NCBI GenBank assembly: GCA_044356305.1
Contig: JBIKWM010000001.1
Span: 259,509 to 323,508, forward strand
Source of the DNA: Flavobacteriales bacterium
GTDB taxonomy: Bacteria > Bacteroidota > Bacteroidia > UBA10329
Reading direction: 5' to 3'
DNA length: 64,000 nt
A program made the position numbers and the translations under genes. The notes beneath the pieces were generated by a model. It searched no databases. It saw only the letters and a list, made by a program, of their open reading frames with translations, and was not told where the DNA came from. Shown here one piece after another: positions 9,300 to 19,847 of the stretch (positions are counted from its first letter, which is position 1; each line of letters begins with the position of its first letter).

Positions 9300-10349
9300 T
9301 CAGAGCCTCACTTTCAGCACAACAGGCTGGTGGTCGCTGAATGCGAATCCCAAATCGATGGTGTTCAGCTCCAGCAGTTCCACACTTGGAGAGAGAAGGA
9401 ACAGGTCGATCAGGAAGGTGGGGGTGTCTCCCGCCCTGTAAGGCGCCTTGAGGCTGCGGTTGGTGGGGTGTATGGTGCCATAGGCCCAGTGCCAGCCGGG
9501 CAGCAGCGATTCGGGCAGGTTGGTATTGGGCCCGGGCTGGCCCTTCCCCCCATTGAAAAGATCCGGATGGATGCCGGGAGGGGTCTGGTTCCAGTCTCCG
9601 CCCACAATCACGGCATTGCCGGCCTTCTCCTCGGCCGACAGCAGGCCGCGCAGGTGGTCCAGTTCCGCCTTCTTCAGTTCGCCCGTGTCGTCATAGGCCG
9701 AGTTATGGGTATTTATCACCACCAACTGCCTCCCATCTGCCATGGGTATCCGCTGCAACAGGGCACATCTGTCTAAAAAGTAGATGCTCGTGGGCCACGA
9801 GAAACTGCTTGGATACTGGTGGCGCACCGCCTCACTCGACCTGAACCTCGACAGGCTGACCAGCCCGGCCGTCACATCGCGCATGGGCTCGGTGTATGGC
9901 ACGGGCACAAAGCCGACCTTATAATTGGTTGCGAATGTGGCCGAATGGGTGCCCTTGAGCGCCTCGCGGATCTCCGCAAGTTCATTGAAATGATACGAAC
10001 GGTGGGCTTGGGTGTCCACCTCCTGCAGCAGAATCAGGTCTATGCTGTCATTGGCCTGAAGAAAGCTGATGATGCCGTCAAGGTTCTTGCGCGTATTGGC
10101 CTCTGTCGTGCGCATGGATGTGCCGCCATCGTAAAAGAAATCGCTCTCCTGCCCCAGGCCCGCGTAGCCTATGTTCCAGATCATTACGGTCACGATACTG
10201 TCGGGCAAGGCCTGCTGTGCGTTGGTCTCCACAGCCACTTCGGTGGCGGCAGGGGTGTAGTCGGTAAGGGTGCCATAGAGCAGGTTGCCCCCTATCCAAA
10301 GGGCTGGAAGTGCAATGATTGCAGCAAGCGGGTAGAATACTTTTTTCAT
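9300..10349 (-). CDS. endonuclease/exonuclease/phosphatase (EEP) family protein
   Basis: VMIWNIGYAG, LLQEVD, GGDWN and the terminal SDHQPV motif. The start is taken at MKKVFYPLAAI (10349). Confidence 0.8.
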   Translation of the reverse strand: MKKVFYPLAAIIALPALWIGGNLLYGTLTDYTPAATEVAVETNAQQALPDSIVTVMIWNIGYAGLGQESDFFYDGGTSMRTTEANTRKNLDGIISFLQANDSIDLILLQEVDTQAHRSYHFNELAEIREALKGTHSATFATNYKVGFVPVPYTEPMRDVTAGLVSLSRFRSSEAVRHQYPSSFSWPTSIYFLDRCALLQRIPMADGRQLVVINTHNSAYDDTGELKKAELDHLRGLLSAEEKAGNAVIVGGDWNQTPPGIHPDLFNGGKGQPGPNTNLPESLLPGWHWAYGTIHPTNRSLKAPYRAGDTPTFLIDLFLLSPSVELLELNTIDLGFAFSDHQPVVLKVRL

Positions 10350-10459
10350 GGGTCGATGATGGCAGTTCGCCCTGCGAAGATGACCCATCTGCACCGTCTT
10401 TTTATTTTATGACCTCGGTAACGGAAAATTCCGTCTATTCGCATCACAATTCCTTAACA

Positions 10460-12997
10460 ATGAAGAAGCTCTACGCATTCCTTTTCGTCTTGGTCCCCAC
10501 TGCCTCCATGGCTCAGGTGGTGGTCAACGAATTCTCAGCCTCCAACCTTTCGCAGTTCACCGACAACTACAGCAAGCACGAGGACTGGATTGAGCTGTAC
10601 AACACCAGTGGTGCCACTGTGAGCCTGGCCGGGTGGTACATGAGCGACACAGAGAACAATCCAACCAAGTGGCCCTTTCCGGCCAATGCCAGCATACCGG
10701 CCAACGGCTACCTGCGCGTGTGGTGCGATGGCCGCGATGAGTTCTCGGGCGGCATGTTCCACACCAGCTTCAAGCTCAATCAGACCCGGGGCAACGATGA
10801 GATAGTGCTCACCGACCCCACTGCCACCATAGTGGAGAACATCGTGATGGGCATTACCCATGAGGGCCACTCCAAGTGCCGCAGCGTAAACGGGGCAGGA
10901 ACGTGGATGGTGACCACCAACCCCACCCCCAACGCCAGCAACACGGCTGCGCCCATGTACACAGGCTATGCCCAGAAGCCTGAGGTGAACTTCACCGGTG
11001 GGTTTTATCCTGGCACCTTGGTGGTGGCCATGACCAACACGCCCGCCAACGCCACCGTGCGCTACACCACAGACGGTAACCTGCCCACTGCGGCCAGCCC
11101 GGTGTTCAACGGCACCACCATCAGTTCCACCACTGTGCTCAAGCTCAGAGCATTCAGCAGCGACCCTAATGTGCTGCCCAGCCTGGTCGAGTTCAACACC
11201 TATTTGATTAACGAGAGCATCACATTGCCGGTGTTCAGCGTGGCTGCAGATCAGCTTACCACATTGGCCAATGGCAACGGCAATATCATCCCCAAGGGGA
11301 GCATAGAGTATTTCAATGAGAACGGGGTTCGCACGGCTATCTCATATGGTGAGCTCAACCGCCACGGGCAGGACTCGTGGGTCAACTTTCAGCGCAGCTT
11401 GGATTGGATATCGCGAGATGAGATGGGCTACACCGAGAGCATACGCGACACCCTTTTCCATTATAGCGACCGCGATGAGTACCAGCGATTCATTTTCCGA
11501 GCCAGTGGCGATGACAATTATCCGGCCAACAACGTGCCGCCAAACCCCAACAATTCGCACGATGGTGGCTGCCACATACGAGATGAGTACGTGCAGACCT
11601 TGGCCCACAATGGAGGCATGAAGCTCGACCGCAGGGCCCAGGAACGCGTGGTGGTGTTCCTCAACGGCCAGTATTGGGGCGTTTATGCCATACGCGAGAA
11701 ACCTGAGGACCACGACTACACCGATTACTACTATGATCAGGGCAAGTACGACCTGCAGTGGTTGCAGACATGGGGAGGCACCTGGGCCGAGTACGGGGGT
11801 AATCAAGCATTCACCGACTGGGAGGTGACTCGCGATTTCGCCATGAACAGCGACATGTCGGTGCAGGCAAACTACGATGCCCTTTTAGAGGATTACAACG
11901 CCACGAGCCTCATTGACTACATGACTATTAACCTGATGGTGGTGGCCAGCGACTGGCTCAACTACAATACAGGTTGGTGGCGCGGACTCGATACCACGGG
12001 CGACCACAAAAAGTGGGGCTACTCGCTCTGGGACCTCGATGCCACTTTCGACTATTACATCAACTACAGCGGAGTGCCCAACACCGACCCCGATGCGCTG
12101 CCCTGCGACATAGAGGACATAGCCGATTACATCGATGACTGGTTCAATGGCGATGACGTGGGCCAGCACGAGCAGATATTCCTGAAGCTGCTCAACGAGA
12201 GCCCCGATTTTCAGCAGCTATACTATAGCCGCTATGCCGACCATGTGAACACCATATTCAGCTGCGACAACATGTTGTCCACTTTCGACAGCATGGTGGG
12301 CATCATAGCGCCAGAGATGCCGCGCCACATAACCCGCTGGGGTGGCAGCATGAACGAGTGGAACGGCAACATACAGGAGATGCGCGACTTTATTGAGGCA
12401 CGCTGCGCAGTGGCCGCGTCAAATCTGGTGGACTGTTACAGCCCGGCCGTGAGCGGCCCCTACAACCTGGTGCTGCGTTGCGAGCCTCAGGGACTGGGCC
12501 AGATCAGGCTCAATACACTCACCCACGCCACGCTGCCATGGCAAGGGGTGTATTACGGCAGTATGGATAATCTGATAGAGGCCATACCCAACGACCCGCT
12601 CTTTGTGTTCGACCACTGGGAGCGCAGCAGCGGGGGCGCCATCAGCCCGCATCAGGACAGCATCAATGTCAGCATTGTACTCACCGCACCCGACACCCTC
12701 ACGGCCGTGTTCACCAACACCACCGATGTGGCCCAGCATGTGGTTGACAATGTGCACCTGAGCGCTTGGCCCAACCCCGCCACCGACCGTATTCTGATAG
12801 ATGCCCTACTCCCGTACGAAGGTGCGGCCACCGTACGGCTCTTCTCGGCCCAAGGGGCGCTGGTTTACAGCCGTCAGGTTTCGGGTCCCGCTGTGCGCCT
12901 CACGCTGCCCACCGATGGCCTCGCTCCCGGTATGTACGTGCTGAGTCTTGACACCAAGGGCGGCTCGGTGCAGAGGAAGATGAGCATAGTGAGGTAA
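10460..12997 (+). CDS. CotH family protein with lamin-tail domain and T9SS CTD
   Basis: Start at MKKLYAFLFVLVPTASMAQ (10460, in frame with the ORF-track entry). Lamin-tail domain (LTD) motif VVNEFSASN...DWIELYN, a CHB_HEX_C-like ATVRYTTDGNLPT segment, and a CTD (WPNPATDRILI...GMYVLSL). Confidence 0.8.
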   Translation: MKKLYAFLFVLVPTASMAQVVVNEFSASNLSQFTDNYSKHEDWIELYNTSGATVSLAGWYMSDTENNPTKWPFPANASIPANGYLRVWCDGRDEFSGGMFHTSFKLNQTRGNDEIVLTDPTATIVENIVMGITHEGHSKCRSVNGAGTWMVTTNPTPNASNTAAPMYTGYAQKPEVNFTGGFYPGTLVVAMTNTPANATVRYTTDGNLPTAASPVFNGTTISSTTVLKLRAFSSDPNVLPSLVEFNTYLINESITLPVFSVAADQLTTLANGNGNIIPKGSIEYFNENGVRTAISYGELNRHGQDSWVNFQRSLDWISRDEMGYTESIRDTLFHYSDRDEYQRFIFRASGDDNYPANNVPPNPNNSHDGGCHIRDEYVQTLAHNGGMKLDRRAQERVVVFLNGQYWGVYAIREKPEDHDYTDYYYDQGKYDLQWLQTWGGTWAEYGGNQAFTDWEVTRDFAMNSDMSVQANYDALLEDYNATSLIDYMTINLMVVASDWLNYNTGWWRGLDTTGDHKKWGYSLWDLDATFDYYINYSGVPNTDPDALPCDIEDIADYIDDWFNGDDVGQHEQIFLKLLNESPDFQQLYYSRYADHVNTIFSCDNMLSTFDSMVGIIAPEMPRHITRWGGSMNEWNGNIQEMRDFIEARCAVAASNLVDCYSPAVSGPYNLVLRCEPQGLGQIRLNTLTHATLPWQGVYYGSMDNLIEAIPNDPLFVFDHWERSSGGAISPHQDSINVSIVLTAPDTLTAVFTNTTDVAQHVVDNVHLSAWPNPATDRILIDALLPYEGAATVRLFSAQGALVYSRQVSGPAVRLTLPTDGLAPGMYVLSLDTKGGSVQRKMSIVR

Positions 12998-13049
12998 GGC
13001 ACAATTCGAAATGGATTGTTGAAGTAGAAAGCCTCTATTGGGTCTTGAG

Positions 13050-13083
13050 GAACCCGGGCCGATTCGGTCCGGGTTCTTTTTTT
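13050..13083 (+). terminator. rho-independent terminator after the CotH gene
   Basis: GAACCCGG...CCGGGTTC stem followed by T7. Confidence 0.7.
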
Positions 13084-13186
13084 GGGCGAGAGTCATATGG
13101 CCCCCGGCACATCAGATCCTGCAATCGCAGATTTTGAGGTGCGGGCCTTGCCGGGTCCCTTCTTCATGGGCAGACCGACATAATAT

Positions 13187-13795
13187 TCACAGAACCGTTA
13201 CCTCTTGCTTCGGCCCGGTGACAATGTATGCTGCCACCGCATCGGTGAGCCGGAGGGCACTAAGGCGGTAGGTGCGCACATGCCCCGCATGGATCAGCTC
13301 GGCCGTAAAACCATCGGCTGCCCAGATGTCGCCCCGAACCTGTATGCCGTCTCTGAATGGAAGGCCCGCCATCACTGCGGCCTTGTACACGGCCTCTTTG
13401 GCGCACCACAGTGCCGTAGCGGCATCGAGCCCACCGTTCAGGGCCATGTGCTGTTCCTCCTCATCAAGGTAGCGGTCGAGCATGGTTAGCAGCTTGGGGC
13501 GCACGGTCTGCACGTCCACCCCGGCCACTGTGCGGCTGACCATGGCGGCCACGTGGGTCTGGGTGTGCGACAGGCTAATATGCAGCTGCGACCCCACTAT
13601 ACAGGGCCTACCATCGGGGTGGGCGGCCAGCTCCACCTTGCGGCCCAGCGCGGTGGTGAGCGCCAGTCGGGCAGACATGCGTTGCAGCGCGGTGCGCGGA
13701 TACACCAGCAGCGCATCGGTGGCCTCGTCACCGAACCGTGCACGGAAGGGCCCCTCGGGTTCAGGGTTCAACGGACAGATGTGTACGCGCTCCAC
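13187..13795 (-). CDS. 4'-phosphopantetheinyl transferase (Sfp-type)
   Basis: GVDVQ and WCAKEAVYKA motifs. No carrier-protein, PKS or NRPS gene is in the window. Confidence 0.75.
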   Translation of the reverse strand: MERVHICPLNPEPEGPFRARFGDEATDALLVYPRTALQRMSARLALTTALGRKVELAAHPDGRPCIVGSQLHISLSHTQTHVAAMVSRTVAGVDVQTVRPKLLTMLDRYLDEEEQHMALNGGLDAATALWCAKEAVYKAAVMAGLPFRDGIQVRGDIWAADGFTAELIHAGHVRTYRLSALRLTDAVAAYIVTGPKQEVTVL

Positions 13796-13969
13796 AGGCC
13801 CAAAGTAAGGAACGGCAGCGATAGCGGGCGTACCGGCCTATGTCGTGCCGCGTGTTCTTATCACCGGGGTTCCTAGCGCTGTTGGAAATGGGATGATGGC
13901 CTGCTGACAAAGGCCAGTGAGTGGCACTTCCCAGAATCTCAGAAACCCGCTCTGGCAGGGCAGTTGCGG

Positions 13970-14200
13970 AGGCGCGCCTGACCTTCCGCATGGCGCATCT
14001 GACCTTCCGCATGGCGCATCTGACCTTCCGTGTGGCGCAACGCACCTTCCGCGTGGCGCAATATATCTTCTGCATGGCGTAAATGACCAGCGTTGTGGCG
14101 CTACTGAATCATGGTGTGGCGCATCGGATAAGCGTTGTGGCGCAACGGATGTATGATGTGGCGCAACAGATATGCCAGATGGCGTAACTTGTCAGGGGTC
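13970..14200. repeat. 11 phased 21-bp direct repeats (TGGCGCA + 14 variable nt)
   Basis: The TGGCG(C/T)(A/T) core recurs at 13991, 14012, 14033, 14054, 14075, 14096, 14117, 14138, 14159 and 14180, with a degenerate copy at 13970. The period is exactly 21 nt. Confidence 0.9.
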
Positions 14201-14287
14201 GGGTGCGCAGTATCTCACGCGCCCATAGACCTGCTCACCTCCAACTGTCCATGGCCCCATGCACCGGGGACGAGGCTGCCTTGGCCC

Positions 14288-16111
14288 TCATTTCACGAAG
14301 TACATCCCCAGCTTTCCCTTGCCCTTGGCCTCTATCTCGCCCCGGTAGGTGCAGGCAAAGTGGTCCTTCACGAGTTGATAGGTCGCTTCGCTGATGTTCA
14401 CCTTGCTCGGTTCGCTGCTGCTCTCCATGCGGCTGGCGGTGTTCACCGTATCGCCCCAGATGTCGTACTGGAATTTCCGTATGCCCACTATGCCCGCCAC
14501 CACCGGCCCGCTGTGCAGCCCAATCCTTATCTGTAGCGATGCTGTGGCCTCATTTCCCTCGTCCCTTCTCACCATGAAATCGCGCATCTCCAAGGCGGCC
14601 CGCACCGCCCTCTGGGCATGGTCGGCACAGGGGGTGGGCAGCCCGCACGCGGCCATGTAGCTGTCTCCGATGGTCTTTATCTTCTCCAGCCCGTGCCGCT
14701 CGCAGATGCGGTCAAAGGCGCTGAAGCACTCGTTTATCTCGGCCACAAGTTCCTCAGGTCTCAGTCGTTCGCTCAGTTCTGTGAATCCCTTGAAATCGGT
14801 GAACAGAACCGTCACATCGTCAAAGCGTCTGGCAGCGGCCTTGCCGGTCTCCTTCAGTTCAGTGGCGGTCTGCTCGGGCAGGATATTGAGCAGCAGTTCC
14901 TCGCTCCGGGCCTTCTCTCGCTCGATGCGTCTGCGTTGGAACAGAAACACCCCGGCAAAAAGCAGCATCACTGCGAATCCGGCCAGCGACCCGTTGCGCA
15001 CCAGCCTGTGCCTGCGCAGTTCGGCTGCGCTCAGGGCCTCCTTCTTCTCCTGTTCGGCCCGCAGTTCGGCCTCCTTCAGGGCATACTGGTCTTTGAACTT
15101 CGAGCCTAAGGCGGCTGCCTGATAATCGATCTGCAACAGGCTGTCGCGCAATGCGATGTAGAGGTCGTTCATTTCCAGGGCCTTTTGATGGTTGCCTTTT
15201 TGGCGATAGATGTGAGAGAGCAGTTCGGCAGCATCGCGCGTCTCGGGAAGGTAGTTGATCTGTCGTGCCAGCCTCAGGGCCTCCACCCCGTCCTTCTCAG
15301 CCTCGTCCGTTCGGCCCACCTTGAGTTGTGCACGGCCACGTACCGTCAGCGCAGCGGCCTGGCCCCGTGGGTCGTCCACATCGCGGAACATGAAATAGGC
15401 CTCGTTGGCGTGCATCAGAGCACTGTCGGGCAGGCCGCGTTCCATGTCCACAGAGGCCATGTACCGCAGTGCGTGGGCCATGCCGTAAGGGTCTTTTCCC
15501 TGCTGATAAAATCTGTATGCCTCGCGGTATTCGATTGCGGCACGCTTGTAATCCATCTGCTCGCGGTACACCGACCCCATATTGGAACGGGCTGTTCCCA
15601 TCACCCCGAGATCTCCCTCCCCCTCGGCCAGTTTCAGCGCTCTTTCAATGTTGGCCCTGGCCTGAGGGTAGTCCTTCATCATCCGGTGCACACCGGCCAT
15701 GTTCAATAAGGTGATGGCCAACCCCTCATTGTCTTTCACCCGGGTGTATATGTCCACCGCCAGATCATAGTGCTCCACTGCCTCGGCAATGCGGCCAGAA
15801 TCGAAGCTGAGCAGACCCATGTTGTTGTGCGATGTGGCCATGCCCACCGAGTCGGCCATGGCCGTGCGGATCTGCAATGCCTGCATGTGCATGGTGAGTG
15901 CGCTGTCGAGCAGCCCAAGGTCCTTATAGATGGCAGCCAGGTTGTTCAGAATGGTGGCGGTGCCTTTGCGGTCGTTCACTGCGATGCACACGTCAAGCGC
16001 CCTGCGGTAATGGGCGGTGGCCTCAGCGCGTCCGCCACGCTCCTCGGCCAGATAGCCCAGCCAACCCTCCACCTCGCCCACATCGGCCGGGCGGCCTGTG
16101 CGAGGGGCCAA
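14288..16111 (-). CDS. TPR-repeat, single-TM class III adenylate/guanylate cyclase (N-terminus cut off by an in-frame TAG)
   Basis: Cyclase motifs are VLFTDFKGFT, IKTIGDSYMAACGLP and YDIWGDTVNTASRMES. The reading frame continues upstream through a TAG at 16166-16168 to an ATG at 16321, encoding a signal peptide (MRKTTSILVCCVLLPFLGWTQ). Confidence 0.85.
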   Translation of the reverse strand: MAPRTGRPADVGEVEGWLGYLAEERGGRAEATAHYRRALDVCIAVNDRKGTATILNNLAAIYKDLGLLDSALTMHMQALQIRTAMADSVGMATSHNNMGLLSFDSGRIAEAVEHYDLAVDIYTRVKDNEGLAITLLNMAGVHRMMKDYPQARANIERALKLAEGEGDLGVMGTARSNMGSVYREQMDYKRAAIEYREAYRFYQQGKDPYGMAHALRYMASVDMERGLPDSALMHANEAYFMFRDVDDPRGQAAALTVRGRAQLKVGRTDEAEKDGVEALRLARQINYLPETRDAAELLSHIYRQKGNHQKALEMNDLYIALRDSLLQIDYQAAALGSKFKDQYALKEAELRAEQEKKEALSAAELRRHRLVRNGSLAGFAVMLLFAGVFLFQRRRIEREKARSEELLLNILPEQTATELKETGKAAARRFDDVTVLFTDFKGFTELSERLRPEELVAEINECFSAFDRICERHGLEKIKTIGDSYMAACGLPTPCADHAQRAVRAALEMRDFMVRRDEGNEATASLQIRIGLHSGPVVAGIVGIRKFQYDIWGDTVNTASRMESSSEPSKVNISEATYQLVKDHFACTYRGEIEAKGKGKLGMYFVK

Positions 16112-16528
16112 TATCCGGGCCTGTTCGCAATAGAAAGTAGCCGAATCGGCATGGCTGCCCAGGTGCTATGCGGCTATGCGCAACAACAGGCGGAACCTGC
16201 TGCTATCGGGCATCTCTGTGGCATTTTGCGCCCACAGACTCTTCAGGGCGTCCATGTCCTGCGTCCACCCGAGGAAGGGTAGCAGCACGCAGCAAACGAG
16301 TATGCTGGTGGTTTTGCGCATGGTCACCGCTAAGTTGACCACAGGAAGGCCTTCATGCTTTACAGTAACTGGGAGATTTATTACAGGATATGTACGGTTG
16401 GTGGCATATCGCTTTACAGTAATGCTGCCGAGAGCTGCCCACCACCCCGGCCCCTACTTTTTACGCTCATTAACGTATTCCGCCCATCTGTAGGTAGGCA
16501 GATGTTTGACTTCCCAATTCCATCCACC

Positions 16529-17581
16529 ATGAGACTCCCTTTCCAATTCTCAATCTTAGCTCTAGTAATGGCCTTGAACGCCAGCGCACAGGACTGTCCT
16601 CTTCAGCTCAGGGACGGTATGAAGGTCAAGCTGAAGGTGCGTAACTACACCAATGCACTGGTGTACGACCCCAAGTTCCAGAAAGAGAAGAAGGAGGAGA
16701 AGAAAGACGAATTGATCATGGCCTACAACCGGGGAATTGAGTCGGGCGAGACCAAGCCATCGGGCGTGACCGACCTGACCTACACGGCCAAGGGCGGTAA
16801 AGCCACAGACGGCAACCTGGCCTTCTCGATGACCACCACCATCAACGGCACCGAATACAGCAGCTATGTGGTATGCGATGCCGACACCATGTACCTGATG
16901 CGCAATGTTGGCCCCATCGAGGTGCCCGATGGCAAGGGTGGCATATACGGTTATTCTATTCAGGCCGCGCAGAAACTGCCCCTGCGGCTCAAGGTGGGCG
17001 ATGTGCTGCCCAGCTATTCCGACATCATGGTCATTCTGCCCACCACCATGGACATAAAAGTGAAGAAGCAGGTGTTCTCGCACAATTCCACCAGCACCAC
17101 CCGCGAGTTCGGCTTTTACACCGAGACCGGCAGCGGCCAGCAGGGGTTCGGCAACTATACCAAGACCACCACCCGCGCGGTGTACAGGAGCATAGATGTG
17201 GATGTGCGCAAGACCACCTCAGGCTCGGGCCACTGCGTCAACTACGCCTATGCTCAGGTGACGGGCGAGGAGGACCTGATGGTGAACGGACAGAAGCACC
17301 ATGCATACATCATCGATTCGGAGAAATGGTTCAAGATGACCATGACCGAGGATTTCGAGTCGGCCGATGAGCGCGTGGCCCAGGAGCAGAAGGCCCAGAG
17401 CGAGAAGATAAAGGTCAAGATGGGCAAGTTCATGGTCAAGAAAGGGTTCACCAACCCGCAGGGCTACCTCGTGTCATACATCCGCGAATACTTTGTGCCC
17501 GCCCTCGGTGTGGTGAAGATGGTGGCCTACGACACATGGGGTGGCATAGCCAGCGAGACAGTGCTTGAGGGGCTGGAATAA
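16529..17581 (+). CDS. secreted hypothetical protein
   Basis: The internal ATG at 16529 gives the signal peptide MRLPFQFSILALVMALNASAQ. I recognised no family. Confidence 0.6.
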   Translation: MRLPFQFSILALVMALNASAQDCPLQLRDGMKVKLKVRNYTNALVYDPKFQKEKKEEKKDELIMAYNRGIESGETKPSGVTDLTYTAKGGKATDGNLAFSMTTTINGTEYSSYVVCDADTMYLMRNVGPIEVPDGKGGIYGYSIQAAQKLPLRLKVGDVLPSYSDIMVILPTTMDIKVKKQVFSHNSTSTTREFGFYTETGSGQQGFGNYTKTTTRAVYRSIDVDVRKTTSGSGHCVNYAYAQVTGEEDLMVNGQKHHAYIIDSEKWFKMTMTEDFESADERVAQEQKAQSEKIKVKMGKFMVKKGFTNPQGYLVSYIREYFVPALGVVKMVAYDTWGGIASETVLEGLE

Positions 17582-17677
17582 ACCGCATCCGCCTGCTGGT
17601 TGTGTCCATCAAAATGCGGCCTATACCCCTGAGTAGCAGATGACCTCCTACATTTACGAGCATCAAGCACCATCCAC

Positions 17678-19843
17678 ATGCGCCAGTTGCTCACCTTAAT
17701 TGCCCTGTGTCTTTTGCAATCGGGCCTCAGGGCCTATACCGTAACCGACTTCATCAAGGTCAATCAGATCGGCTATAGGCCCGATGATGTGAAAGTGGCC
17801 GTGATCAGCGACCCGCAGGCTGGGTTCAATGCCGCACAGGCCTTTGTGCCCGGCAATATGTACGAGCTGCGCGATGCCGCCACCGATGCGGTGGTGTACA
17901 GCGGCACCCCTACCGCCTGGAACAGCGGTGCGACACACGCTCAAAGTGGTGACCGCGCATGGTGGTTCGACTTCTCCGCCTTCAGCGCCCCGGGTAGCTA
18001 TTATGTCTACGATGTGGCCAATGCCGTAGGGTCATATCCGTTCGATATCAATGACTGCGTATATGCCGATGTGCTGCGGCATGCCGTGCGCATGTTCTAC
18101 TACCAGAGCTGCGGACGGCCCAAACATGCCGCCTTCTCCGGTCCTGAATGGGCCGATGTCACATGCCACGCAGGCGACCAGCAGGACCTCGACTGCCGGT
18201 TGTACAGCAACCCCGATTTCAGCACATCGCGCAATCTGAGCGGGGGCTGGCACGATGCGGGCGACCACAACAAGTATGTCAACTTCACCTTCGGAACCCT
18301 CATCGACCTGCTGCTGGCCTATGAAGAGAATCCTACAGTGTGGACAGACGACTATGGATTGCCGGGCAGTGGCAATGGGCGTGCAGACCTGCTGGACGAG
18401 GTGATGTACGAGCTCGATTGGATACTGAAGATGCAGAACGATGACGGTTCGGTGCTGAGCATGGTGGGCGCCCCATCCTATGGGGCCGGCAGCCCGCCCA
18501 GCGCAGACGGGCTTCAACGCAGATACGGCCCTGCCACCACCTCGGCCAGTTTCACAGCCGCTGCCGTGCTGGCCCTGGCCTCTTTGCAATACGATGCGCC
18601 TTACTCCAACACCCTGCGCGATGCCGCCATACAGGCCTACGCATGGGCCGAGGCCAACCCCGGAGTGACCTTCTACAACAGCGGTATCATCGTCTCGGGC
18701 GAACAGGAGCCCGATGCCTATGGCACATTCTCAAGGCAGATGGCCGCGGCTGTTTTTCTCTATGCCGCCACTGGCAACACAGCATACCGCTCGTATGTCG
18801 ATGCCAACCACGGCCAGGTCCACCTCATGGAATGGGGCTACGCCTATCCGTTTGAGAATGCTCAGCAGGATGCCCTGCTCTACTACGCCTCCCTGCCTGG
18901 CGCTACCCCGTCAGTGGCCGATGCCATCAGGGCTGCATTTGCCGCAAGCATGGAGAACCTCAATGCCGATAATCTGCCCAACTATCTGAACGGGACCGAT
19001 GCCTACCGGGCCTATGTATCTGACCAGAACTATACTTGGAACAGCAATCAGACCAAGAGCAACCAGGGCAACATGTTCCTGGCCATGGGTGTGCATGGGC
19101 TCAACAGTGCCAATGCCGATGCGTACCAGGCCGCTGCGCATGGGTTCCTTGATTACTTCCTTGGATTGAACCCTTTGGCCAAGGTGTATCTGAGCAACCT
19201 TTCGGCTGCCGGTGCCGAGAATCCGGTCCGTTCGTTCTATCACAGTTGGTTCACAGATGGCAGCCCGTTGTGGGACGAGCTTGGGGTGTCGCAGTACGGG
19301 CCTCCACCGGGTTACATCCCCGGAGGCCCCAATCCCACCTACGCCCTCGACCCGTGTTGCCCAAGCGGCTGCGGAAGCACCGCAAACAACGCCATGTGCC
19401 AAATGCCTGTGTTGCCACCGCTGGGCCAACCCGCGCAGAAATCGTATGCCGACATCAACACTGGTTGGCCCCTCAACTCGTGGACCGTCACCGAGGCCGG
19501 CATCTACACCAATGCCGCCTTTGTGCGCATGGCAAGCAAGTTTGCGCAGACGGGGTGCCTCGTCACGGGTAATAGCGCGCCTACCGATGGCCGCATGGCA
19601 CGCCTGCTCCTTTATCCTGATCCGGCCAGAGACGAAGTCACTCTTTCATTCAGTGGAATGAACGGGAACCTGCTCCAAGTAGAACTGCTCGATATGGGCG
19701 GACGGGTGCTTCAGGCCTCGTCCTTCAGTCTGGCAGATGGGCAGAACCGCCAAACCCTGAGCCTGCATCTGGCCCCGGGCACCTATGTGGTGCGGGCCAC
19801 CGGGCACAGTCAGGTGGCCGTAAGCAGGCTGGTGGTGCACTGA
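17678..19843 (+). CDS. glycoside hydrolase family 9 endoglucanase with T9SS CTD
   Basis: GH9 signature GGWHDAGDHNKY, an Ig-like N-domain, and a C-terminal LLLYPDPARDEVTL...GTYVVRA. Confidence 0.85.
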   Translation: MRQLLTLIALCLLQSGLRAYTVTDFIKVNQIGYRPDDVKVAVISDPQAGFNAAQAFVPGNMYELRDAATDAVVYSGTPTAWNSGATHAQSGDRAWWFDFSAFSAPGSYYVYDVANAVGSYPFDINDCVYADVLRHAVRMFYYQSCGRPKHAAFSGPEWADVTCHAGDQQDLDCRLYSNPDFSTSRNLSGGWHDAGDHNKYVNFTFGTLIDLLLAYEENPTVWTDDYGLPGSGNGRADLLDEVMYELDWILKMQNDDGSVLSMVGAPSYGAGSPPSADGLQRRYGPATTSASFTAAAVLALASLQYDAPYSNTLRDAAIQAYAWAEANPGVTFYNSGIIVSGEQEPDAYGTFSRQMAAAVFLYAATGNTAYRSYVDANHGQVHLMEWGYAYPFENAQQDALLYYASLPGATPSVADAIRAAFAASMENLNADNLPNYLNGTDAYRAYVSDQNYTWNSNQTKSNQGNMFLAMGVHGLNSANADAYQAAAHGFLDYFLGLNPLAKVYLSNLSAAGAENPVRSFYHSWFTDGSPLWDELGVSQYGPPPGYIPGGPNPTYALDPCCPSGCGSTANNAMCQMPVLPPLGQPAQKSYADINTGWPLNSWTVTEAGIYTNAAFVRMASKFAQTGCLVTGNSAPTDGRMARLLLYPDPARDEVTLSFSGMNGNLLQVELLDMGGRVLQASSFSLADGQNRQTLSLHLAPGTYVVRATGHSQVAVSRLVVH

Positions 19844-19847
19844 GGCC

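Noticed and set aside
13761-14156. ORFs translating the 21-bp array (CATRKVR or GASDLPH heptapeptide repeats).
   Set aside because: The periodicity comes from the DNA repeat and both strands give open frames. There is no plausible start context or protein-like composition outside the repeat.
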